Assembly: GCA_051313645.2 (NCBI GenBank)
Contig: JBNRSN020001083.1
Coordinates: 1 to 63,428, forward strand
Direction of reading: 5' to 3'
DNA from: Centroscyllium fabricii
Lineage: Eukaryota
Length of the DNA: 63,428 nucleotides
In this document: one piece after another, positions 37,501 to 49,500 of the stretch
Layout: each line of letters begins with the position of its first letter
Numbering within the stretch: position 1 is the first letter of the stretch
Made by a program: the position numbers and the translations under genes
Notes under the pieces: model-generated
What the model saw: the letters and a program-made list of their open reading frames with translations, nothing else
Database searches by the model: none
What the model was told of the DNA's origin: nothing

Positions 37501-40500
37501 ACCATGCGTCCATTTACTTGGTCACGAATAGCCACCGTGTCCGTTAATTTGTATAAGTCAGACACAATCAATTTGTGTCCGAATCTGGAGGGAGGAGGTT
37601 AAAAAAAGTTACTTACTAAACAGTTATGAAATTTTCTGAAGAGCTTTAACCAGTTTCTGTGCCATAATCTATTTATGTATAAAAATATAAGTGCGCTTAG
37701 TACCTGGAATATAAATATACCTGAACAGAGCAATATAATTTTACTAAAAGTCAATACGTAACTAATATAAGAAACTTTCCATTTTGGCAAACACAATTTG
37801 ATACATTCCATATAAACAGTCAGTGTGAAACACCACGACGTCAACCAATTCTCTACTTTAGAACTACAGTCTAACCTGTACAGAAAGGCCACTCATGGGA
37901 AAGGCAAAAAGTGGCCCTTATAGACAGGTGACCTTTTGAGACAGGTTGACAGTGGCCATTTTGTTTTTATGTACATGTACACGGTTGGTGTGTGTGTTTA
38001 AGGAAAGGGAGACGGAGACTCTCCGCAGCCCCGCCGGACACCGTTCAGAGCCGGCCGGGCTGGTCCGGGAAGATGTAGGACCCGGTTGGCAGCCCAGCCC
38101 CCCGGCCCAGGGAGTCCACCCCGGCCCAGCGGAGCCCAGCCCTGCCCGGCCCAGGAAGTCCACTCGGAGCCCAGCCTGGCCAAGGGAGTGCACTCGGAGC
38201 CCAGCCCAGCAGAGTCCAGCCTGGCAGGACCCACTTGGAGCCCAGCCCGGCCCAGCGGAGCCCACCCGGATCCCAGCCCGGCCAAGGGATTGCACTCGGA
38301 GCCCAGCCCAGCAGAGTCCAGCCCGGCGGGACCCACCCGGATCCCAGCCTGGCCCACCCCGGCCCAGCGGAGCCCAGCCCACTGACCACTGTGTGCGGTG
38401 GGAAAGTGCTGGAGGGATACAGAACGGGTGGCCGCATTAGACAGGTGGCCGTTCTGTACAGGGCTTACTACATTGTTCTCGGGGGGAATCCGATGTGGCC
38501 GCTATGAACAGGTGGCCGTTCTGTGAGGTGGCCGCTGGCGTAGGTTTGACTGTACTGTATTTAGACACTTCACACTAGTACCATCTACATCTAGTATCAC
38601 AGAATTGAAGAGGAGAACACATTCCTGTGTGCAACAGCAGCTGGCAAATTCAGTGTATAAACGTACCTTTCTACAGTAGAATAACCAACAGTCATAATAT
38701 CTCTATAACCAATTTAATAGCTAATTTTCACTTTCCTCAGAATCCCAAAATCTCAACTCCTTTATAATATGGAATACAGTCCAGTGGGAGAAGGGGGTAC
38801 CGACTCCAAAACCAGGAATAGAGGGATAAAGCAAGTATCAACTGCTTAATTTGTTCCCCTTTCCCTCACACTTTTCAAATCAAAGGGATGAATATATTGC
38901 CACAGAATAATTGGTATAATAAATTAAGATAATGTGCTAACAGCCCACAGAACTACAATCTGTACCTTTTCTCATAAATCTCAGTGAATTTGAACAGTGG
39001 CAAGCAACATGCTGGGGCATCCTGCAGGATGGACATGGCCTCAGAGCTGTAATCAAAAGTAAAGAAATCATACAACAAGACATTCATTCATGACGTTTCT
39101 GAACAATATACAAGTCATCAATACCAAGTAGTTTTGCAAGATTTCCTTTTGAACTAAGTCACAACTACCAATCCAAGATCAGGTGAAGGGACCAATCCTT
39201 GCTTCTGGTATTTTACTTAAATTAACAAGACACCAAATTTCACAGGGATTAATCTTTCTTCCAGAGTACAGATTACTGGAGTTTTTGTTACTACTCCATA
39301 CCATCAGATGCTTTTCTCATACAAACACTCAAATTAAAAAGAAATTGTCTTAATTTGCTAATCTATAAATAGCAAAGTGTGGTCTTTTTACTTGTACAGG
39401 TTGAGCACAGTTAATCCGGACACCGTTTGGCCGGCTACTTCAAACGTCCGGCAATCTGGCCGACTGGTGCACGCATGCGCAAAATGGCCACCGCCTGTGG
39501 CTGCGCATGCCTAGGCCTCTGCCCAACTGGTCTGCGCATGCGCAAAATGGCCACTGCACGTGGCTGTGCATGCCCAGGCTGCCCTGCGCATGCGTAAAAT
39601 GGCCGCCGCACATGCCCGGGCCACCCCGATTGGTCTGCGCATGCGCAATATGGCCGCGCATGCCCGGGCCTCTCGGCGAGCACATGCGCAGACCATTCGA
39701 AATTTCGCGGCGACTATTTTGAATGCTCTGCGCATGCTACGCCGAACTTCAACCATTCGAGTTTTCAAAAATTCGGCACATTCGTGGCCCCGAGCGTGCC
39801 GAATTAACTGTGCTCAACCTGTAATAAATTATAAGGCAGCACACAACACCAGGTTATAGTCCAACAGTTTTATTTGAAATCACAAGCTTTCGGAGCATAG
39901 CTCCTTCATCAGGTGTATGTAAAAGAGATTCATTTAAACACAGCATGCGGTGTTTAAATGAATCTCTTTTACATACACCTGATGAAGGAGCTACGCTCCG
40001 AAAGCTTGTGATTTCAAATAAAACTGTTGGACTATAACCTGGTGTTGTGTGCCTTCTTACAGTTGTCCACCCCAGTCCAACCGGCACCTCCACATCATGT
40101 AATAAATTGCAACACTTGCTTTTGTTAGATTAGGTCAATGTTGCAATGAAATAGGAATCGTTTTTGAATTGGTTGAAAAAAACATGCAAATGCAGCCATG
40201 TCGTCGAGTCCCAGTTTAATGGTTGTTGCTTCATTGATCCAACACCACAAAATGTGTGTTCACCAAGGTGAAGAATACACTGTTTTGGTCAGACACAAGA
40301 ATGCAATTTACAGTGTTTATTTGTGGGTATTTTGTGCTGTATACTTGCGTCCAAAAGAACTACTTGCAACATCTTAAAAAAGAAACTATTTCATGTAGGA
40401 CCTTTAGCCAGCAGAGATTTATCATCGGATTAATATGCAACAGGTTCAAGCCCAAACAGTAAACGATACTGAACCATTTACCCATGGAATTCAGGTTTGA

Positions 40501-43500
40501 AATAGACACAAAATTCAGGAGTGAGGAGAACGAGGTGGGGTATAGTGGCTGCATCAATACGCAAATGACATTACAGCAAAAATAAAACGGTTGTACAAAT
40601 GCATTAAGTAGCACCTGCACCAGCCCCCTATCCACCAGCAGTACACAAAGCTGTATGAAGATGTGACTTGAGTACTTGTGTTTTATGGTAGCACCTCAGT
40701 GGGTAATAGTATTTTTTGGACTTGTGCAAATAGTTACACTGATTATTCACATTACACTTGAGGCGTTGGGGCCGACGAGCTCAGTCAGTAGATTATAAAA
40801 CTCTTATGTTAGGATCATGGGTTTGAGCCCAACGTTGGGCAGTTTGTATTCAAATATTTATTCGTCTGCCATCTGGACATACCTTGGCGTGCCACCTTGC
40901 TGTCCGGCGGAGGTCCCCAATGGAGGGCTCTCTACGCGGGAGTCCTCCCTTTTTCTATTGGGGACTTGGCCTGGAGGGTGTTGCACGGAGCAGTCCCATG
41001 CGATATGGTTTTAAGTTGGTTCACGGACTCCCAGACCGTCTGTCTTTTCTGCGGCCTAGAGGAGTCTGTGTTCCATGTATACACGGAATGTGAGAGGTTG
41101 CAGCCCCTCTTTCATTATTTGAAGGGGCTGTTCCTCGATTTTTGGCTGCACTTCAGTCCCACACTCCTGATCTTTGGTCACCCGGTGCGGAGGGGAGCGG
41201 GCAGATCAGAGGACCTCCTTGTAGGACTGCTCCTGGGCCTAGCCAAAGTGGCCATTAACTGGTCCAGGCAGCGGGCAGTCGCTGGGGTAGTTCGGCCCGA
41301 ATGCCTGCCTCTCTTCCGCGGCTATGTTGGTGCCGGGGTGGTCCTGGAGATGGAGCACGTGGTGTCCGCCGGCACACTGGAGGCCTTCCGCGACCAGTAG
41401 GCGCCGCGGAGACTGGAATGCATCATCACTCCGGACAATGAAATTTTAATTTAATTTGATACGGTTCTTTTAAAGTTTTATTAGTTACAGTCCATTTGTT
41501 TAATCACCCATAACCAGAAAAGTACACTTGAATCAGAGAGCAGAGCTTTGTGTACACTCACCTCAGTCACATGCACAGCTGTGCTTTCGAACCTTCAACT
41601 GCCAATTAAGTTTTTAAAATTAGAAAGAGCTGACAGAATCATTAGTTCTTCACTCATCATTAAAAACTAAAGGTTAAAAAGGACATTAAATAACTTTTAA
41701 TCTTCACTTCAAACATGACTATCGCCTCCTCCACCCCACCCCGAAATATTCAAAAATTGGCAAATATGGTTATAAAGATCATGGAAAGTGCGAGCCAGTA
41801 AAGCGAGCAATTTTCAAACATGTGGTAGATAAGAGGCAGAAACAACCTTACCCAAGTAAAGCCAGAGATTTATTGGTGCTTCCGGTAGCTAATGACACTT
41901 GAACTCTCTTGCTTCCTATTTTGTATCTGTGCAAACTATTGACAGCTGAGATCGCTTCCTGGAGGCTCCCCATCTGAACCGTTGCCTTCAGCTGATAATC
42001 AGTATGAGGACTTAGTTCCACATTCTTCACCTACATATCCAGGAGTGGAGACAAACAAAACCTTCCAGTTATGGCTCATTTTTGGGTGAATATAAAGTTT
42101 TTTTTAATTCAGAAATCTGTTCTGTTTTAAGTTAGTCCAGCAAGAAGTCTGTTGATAATTCATGAGAAAAAAACCAGGTACACAATCGGGACCGGACGGT
42201 TCTCGGATAACTTCGGAATGGTCAAATTAACATAGGTTTTTCTGTAGCAAATCTTGTAAATATTCACAAAAGTGGATCAGTCTGCTGCTCTTTTAGGCAT
42301 TTTTCCAAAAAAGTGTGCAAATTTGCAAAAATATCGGAGATCAGCAGTCAGATACTGACGCCTCTGACCTGTGTGGGTCACGTCGGGTCATTTTTCGCAC
42401 ACAACTCACGTCATTTGAAATTTCGGTTTTTGGAGTCGTGGATAAAGGATTGTGTACCTGGACATCTAATTGCAGACTAGTCATAAACCAATAAATTGTA
42501 GAAACCGCAAGAAACAGCCACACCTGCTCCCCTCATGGCGGTGACTAGTTGCACCAGGTGTGGTACGGAGTCATACAGATTATGTAGGGTCTACATTTGG
42601 TTCTTGATCTGAGCTAAATTAGCAGATCCCAACTAGTGTGGTAAATAACAATTAGAGGTTCTAGTCATCAGTCTAACAATTAGTCCCACTTAGGATTAGC
42701 AAACCTTGGAAGAAAATAATATTTTAGACCCAACTCAATCTCCACACGCCCCCCCCCACCCAACCCCAAAGGTTCTAAGAAAGGCTTCTATCTAGCACTC
42801 AAATTGGGTTAACTTGTTCAAATGAGGCAGATCAACCAAAACAGAATTAAATCCATAATCTGACTGGAAATCATATGCTTAAAGAAATCAGTGAGCTAAA
42901 CTATCAAGGAAATAGGATTACAAAATCAATGGCCTGGAAATTGCAGTCGGATGCTTGCCGCCCGCCCATGCCTCCAAACCGCAAGAAAAATACGCACTTA
43001 GCTGCTGTCTCCAGAATTTCGGACTCGTGGTCCTGGGCCAGCAGGCATACGCCTGCATAAAGGCCCATACATCCCAGGGACGCACGTGGTTCGCAAGCTT
43101 CCCTGGGATCACGTGGGTCGGCCCAACCAATGACAAAGGAGAATTCCTATTCTGCTTATGGAGATTCCATTTACATATGGAATCCCCATAAGCATAATAG
43201 AAATCACCAAATAAATACAAGTTCACAACACTGAAATGAAAATAAATTATCAGTTTCAAAATTAATTTAAAAGTACCATTTAAACAAATATTTTAAATTA
43301 AATTTTGAAAAATAAATTTAATGAACATTTTTAACTGGGACAAAATTGACCTAAAGGCCCTGTCACACCTTGACGTTTTAGCTTGCGTATGCAAATTTGG
43401 CCGATACGCTGGTATACGTTGGACAAGTTATGGGTACGTTATGCATACGTTAAGAGCACGCTGGCATACGCTGGCCATAAGTTGTATAAGTCGTGATTTT

Positions 43501-46500
43501 TTGTGCATGCACAAAAAATCACGACGTATAAATGTTACGATTTATACGTTCCGCATACGCTGGACATACGTTGTAGGCACGTTAGGCGATCGTTAAACAC
43601 ACATTACCTTGCCCCTGTCATGCCCTGTCACACCTTGACGATTTAAAGCTAGCGTTTTCCAATTTTTTCTAAATTTATCTAAAACGTCGGCGATACGTTG
43701 CCGCGCGCTATGCATACGTTAGACTATCGTTGGGCATAAGTTGTGAACGCTAAGCATTCGTTATTGATACGCTCTGTGTACGTTACTAATACGTTACGCA
43801 TACGTTATGCATACGTCCAATACTCCAAAAATTGAACAAAGTGTCGAAAGTTCAGCGTTTTAGCCTCATTTGCATAGGCTGGCTAAAACGTCTAGGTGTG
43901 ACAGGGCCTTAAACTATTTTTAAATGTACGTGAATGTTTAAATCATTTTTAAAATGGTTTTTTAACATTTATTTAAACCCTTACGCTAGTAAAAGGCCTC
44001 ATGCCTGCTTTTACTCAGAAAGCAGGCAAGATTTGGTGGGTATTCGCTGGGTAGTAGTTGGGCAAACAGCCCAACCCTGCATCAACGAAAGTGATTTCAC
44101 AGCGGATGCATAAGATCTGTCAAGACGAACCTTGACAGATCGCAAGTTCCGGGTTCACACGCATGCGCATCGCCCGTGGAAACCCGGAACTTGTAGGGCA
44201 CGCATGACGTCATACACTGTGCATACACCATCGTAGGCCCCGGAAAATCCAGGCCAATGTATGTAAACAGATCCTTTTATTCTGTCAATGCATTTCAACA
44301 TGAAGTTAGTAACCATAAAGGTGCAGATTAACTGCAGTAAAATGGCGATTTTCACCTCTGCACACTTCAGTAAACTCCCTCTTCAGTGAACTCCCTGGTC
44401 CTGCCCCCAAGTGAGAGTATAACAAACATCACTGGAAGTTTAGCTCATCGTTAAGTGACAGATTGGGGTCATACTGTATCATTTTTACAAGCGGTTAGGC
44501 TTAAAAGATATTTTAAGTGAACGTTTGAATATAACTGAAAAATGCAGGAAACATGTTCAAAACCTCAACCTGAATAATGGTAAATCGCTTAGCCACAGAT
44601 TAATTACAAGGTGCCACAGCCCAAATACCTTAAACAGGAATGAGATAATCCACTGCCAATTTAAGGAATGTTTTGAAAAGCACCCCAAAAATACAACTCA
44701 TCACAGCAAGGCAGGATTACTGTATTAAAGTATGCTCAAAGTACAGAAGCTGACATTAAATTGTGAACATTTTAACAAGCCTTGGGCAAAGAGGAAACAT
44801 AGAAACATAGAAGATAGGAGCAGGAGGCGGCCATTCGAGCCTGCTCCGCCATTCAATGAGATCATGGCTGATCATCCAAACTCAGCCCCCTGTCCCTACC
44901 TTGTCCCCAAATCCCTCGATCCCTATCGAGCCTGCACATATCCCACTCTATCCCCGTAACCCCACATATTCAATCCCCCTAACACTTAGGGTCAATTTAT
45001 CCTGGCCAATCAACCTAACCCGCACATCTTTGGCACAATCAAAAATGTAAATTCTAAAACTTGAAATTGAGTATATGGTTATCATCTTCGCCAGGTCTAA
45101 CAGAAACATCGGCCAAAAACAGTCAAGTGGTATAAAAGTGCAACTGATGCTCTTTCGGGGCTTTTCTCCATCATAATCAGTGCAGCCTGTGGCCAAGTCA
45201 AAAGTTTACAGTCCTATTAAATTTCTAACCCAATACAAATCTTTCAGAGAAAGTCGGGCTCCAAATAAGAACCCAATTAAAAAAAAATTGAACACAACGA
45301 AAGCTTCACAGCTACTACAGGAAACTCTGATATCCGGCGTGTTGCCAGTTTATCAAAATTTACGGATAATGGAGAGGATTACCTACCGAGGCTATTTTTA
45401 ACAAGAAAAATTAAAAAATCAAGAAATGTGCAGTATACAGTAACTGGGTACTCACCTACAGAATGTGGTGTTAAATGGACGTGGATTGTGGCAGCTTGGA
45501 GAACTACCCCCACTGATTAACTCAGCCACCACAGGAGACTCTGACTCGGCAACATTGCTGCTTATTGAGGTGTTGTTTTCGAATGACAATTTTGCCGGTT
45601 AATAGAGAATTCCAGATATTTAGGTGCCGGTTAAACAAGAGTTTCCGGTACTAGTCTTGTTATTTAGTGTTGCAATATTGCTATACAGGTTGAGCACCGG
45701 AAATCCGTGACTCGAAACGCCGGCAGCTTCAGTCTTCCGGAACAAATTGCCCCGACTGCACTGCAGATGTGCAAAATGGCAGCCACGATCGCGGCTTCGG
45801 CGAATGATCTGCGCATGCGCCGCTGAACGGCAAGCGCATGCGCAGATCATTCAAAACGGCCGCCGGACAAGCCGGGCCTTCCGTGGCGTTAGGGCGCGGC
45901 ACCTCGCGCCTCGTTTTGAATGTGCGAGTCCCAAGCGCCCGACATGAAGCACGCGGTTCCCCGGAGCAGCCTGCTGGCTGTCATCAGGAGGCACAAACCA
46001 CAGTGGAGACTCCGGGAAGGATGTCCGGCGGCCATGCCTAATATTGTGCGCATGCGCGCGGCCATTTTGAATGGTGCGCGCATGCACTGACCGACTTCAT
46101 TCTGCCGGTTTTTTCACTTTCCTGGCACGGGCCTGGTCCCGCCCGTGCCGGATTTCCAGTGCTCAACCTGCACTGGAGTGCAGCTATAAAACAGTATTCA
46201 GCATTACTCATTATTTAAGATTTCAGCCAGTTTACCTTGCCATGCCTGAAGAAAATCTCACGCAATATTTGTTGTAGTTCCTTTCTGGACATCCTGTAAT
46301 CCAAGTTGCTGACCTGTACATCTGCTCCATTTGCAAATGGGTCAGTCTGGGAGTCAGAATAATGAGGTTGGTTTGCACTTACAGGTGAGGAGCGGTTTGA
46401 AAGGCTCGGGGATAGACTCCTAGGATAATTAGCAAGAAAGTCAAACATTGTACACTCTAAAGGTAACGCATTAAAACTTCACCAGAACCAAGTATCAAAA

Positions 46501-49500
46501 GTTTAACAGTGAAATTCCACTCCGAAGCGCCTATTACGATTCAACCAGTTCGGATTTCCTAATCCTCACTAGTGGCCAATTTCAAAGGTTTGCCTCCAAA
46601 TAACTGTTGGAAAATGTATATTTTTTAAATCTTAAAAAAGTAGATAGATGTTAGAAAATTTAAGTTACCTCGCAGACCAGGAACCATGGCACATAATAGG
46701 AGGCGTGTTATGTCTTGAAATTGACAGCTTAGAAAAAGCAGAAGGGGAACTGACATGGAAGTCAGCTTTCTTCTCAATTTTGTCTATGGGGGATTCCAGG
46801 GAACTTCTAAAAGTTGGAGTTTCTCTCCTGTTTAAGAAAAATGTAGATTTTAAGCAATGTGTTTGTGTTTTGCATTTATACAAAGTCTGTTGTACATGAG
46901 CACATTAACATTGTACATGAGCACATTAACATTAGAAGTCTACTTCTTGTGTTTCAGTTGAATTTCTTGCATGCAAGAGCGGCATTAGATAACAGCGAGT
47001 TCTACAGAAACATTTCTTCTCCCTCTTGGCACTAGAACCTTCCTATTTTGACGTCTTTGCTGAGAAGATATAGATAGACGGTGCACAAGTGCAGCTTGAG
47101 CGAGGGGGAGGGAGACTAATTTACTTCTACCCAACATTTCCCATGACTGTAAATTCACAGGACAATCAAACAAATATTTAGCTAAAACGAAATTAGTCTT
47201 CACCTCTCTCTTTCAGATGCAAAGTTCAGTTTGGATCAGAAACTTTGTACGGGGAATTTGCTGGTACTATACCCTATCCCACTGAGTACTTTGCCCATTG
47301 CATTTATTGCTCCCGCAGCACTTCCCACTCCTGTGTTAAAAGTTCATACTGTGCTACATTAACAGTTTGTGGCACCCCAGATCACTCCTATTTGAACAGA
47401 TGAAGTGTGCTAATGCATCAAGAATTCAGTTGCAATTAAGTATCGTACCTAAAATTTTAACTTGACTTTCAGAAGCTAAATCACCTATGAACTTCCAGCA
47501 CTTTGTTTTTTATTTTAAGAGATACTTAATAAATTGACAAAAATCTGACGGAAACATTTTTAACACTACTTCAGTTTAAGGAATTATATAATAGGTGAAT
47601 CAGTCCTTAACCAACCCCACTTAAATGTAATTTATTTGAACAGATTCATCAAAAAAAAAACATTTGTGCCTATTCCTTACCTCAATAATTGGATTACAAT
47701 AGTTAGTACAGTTATGTTCAAACAAATAATTCAAAAAAGCACAAGGAACCAGAAGTACATAAAGTTGTTATTGGAAGCCTGTCAAAAAAAATCAATTAAA
47801 AGTCAGCCAGTTTATAGATAATAAATAGAAACTCACTTGATGTTTTCACTGAAAGAATCTCCGTTTCCTACACTTTTAGGAGAGGCTGGGGAATAGATGG
47901 AAATGCAATGGCTTATCGGTGGAGATTCAGTTCCTTGCTTTTTGATCTGCTGTGTACGTACACTTTGCTTGGTTTTGGATTCCATACCACAGAGCTCCTT
48001 ATAAAACAAGTAATAAGTAATTAATCACTTACAACTATGCAACTTAATGCACAAAATGGCTTCAACAAACTAAATCAGTGCAAGCTCGAAATCAGAACAT
48101 GGAAGAAAACCAGCTTTTAATTGAAGAGTTGTGAATAAACTGTAACTTTTCTCAAAACCCTAAGTAGGAATTAAGTTTAAATAAGGCTGAGGAGCCAAAC
48201 TTTGTTCTCAGAGTCACAGCTGGGAGGTACAAGTGGTAGCAGAGATCTTTGAAGGGATTAAGCAATGTCTTGATAAAGCCCAGCTCGCCAACAGGAACAG
48301 AAGCGCAAGGCTACAGTTATTAAAATTATCGGAGGTTAACGCAATCAGGTCATTCCCTTTAAACTTCAAGGATTACAACATGATCTTTTAATGTTGTGAT
48401 AACAGCAAAAGTGAGCTTGTTGGCGCATGTCCGGTTTCTGAAACCCTAACCGACCAAATTTTCCTTTACCTCCTATGACATTTACCTTCACTTGCTGACA
48501 AATAAACTTCAGGAAATAACTATACTCAGTTTCTGAGTACACTCAAATGCATTTTGTTTACAGTTTATGAAACTACGCATCCCCACCAAACTAAAGTGAA
48601 AACTTACAATACCACCGGATTTATACATTTATAAACAAACATTGTGGGTGCACTGCAGTTTATTTCAGAAGTCTAATATTGATATTTGCATTGCTCCAGA
48701 TTATTTGGCTCAATTCTGCAGTGCAAGATGCCGACACAAGTACTTACTATTTTAAACTCCTGTTACTTCAAAGCCATGGATTGAGGTGATGAGAAGTGAG
48801 ACATTAAAAGTTACTTTGCTAAAAGACTTCTATTTGTGATTACTGAAACATGATAAGCTATAGTAAACTAGTAGAGACATTGAGAAGACTCAATATTCAC
48901 ATGCAGAAAAGCTGCTTAACTGCAGCCCCTGGTACGTATGGCATAATGGCAGGTCTACCACAGAGGACTAAAAGCTTCCAAATTGAATTGTTAAGCACAG
49001 CTCAAACACTACATTGGACCCTAAACTTCCATACTATAGGATAAACAGCCACCATGTAAGCAGCTTAGCACCAGAGACTATATGAAACAAGTCCAATTCT
49101 TCAGTCATCCTCCATTTTTTGGGGGGTGGGGCAGGGGAATTGCCCATATTTTCTGCCTCTTCCTGCAATACACCTGTAGCAACTGAATCTATTATTAACT
49201 AATCAATCAATTACTTGTGCATTGCATGCTGCATTAACTGTTTTGTAGGAAATTGTCTTCTGTGGTTAAGGATTGATTGAACTGGATTTCCTGTCTGCTG
49301 GTTAATTTGCATATGAAAATATATGCAGCTGTCCGGAACATAAGAAATAGGAGCAGGCCCTTCGAGCCAACTCTGCCATTCAATACAATCATGGATCATC
49401 TTCTACTTCATCTCCACTTTCCTGCACTATCCCCATAATATTCAAAAATCTATCGCTCTCTGCTTTGAATGCACTCAACGACTGAGCCTCCACAGCTCTC

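Noticed and set aside
37918-38507. Several overlapping Pro/Gly/Ala-rich ORFs up to 164 aa
   Set aside because: Artefact of GC-rich tandem repeats inside a TA-flanked MITE; open on both strands
40770-40841. Functional tRNA-Lys gene
   Set aside because: Acceptor, D and anticodon stems are disrupted and the T-loop is TTTGA; treated as a pseudogene
46985-47203. Possible extra MARF1 cassette exon between coding exons 8 and 9
   Set aside because: The two candidate acceptors I tested hit stops in the required phase, and exons 8 and 9 already join in frame; a poison exon cannot be excluded without RNA data
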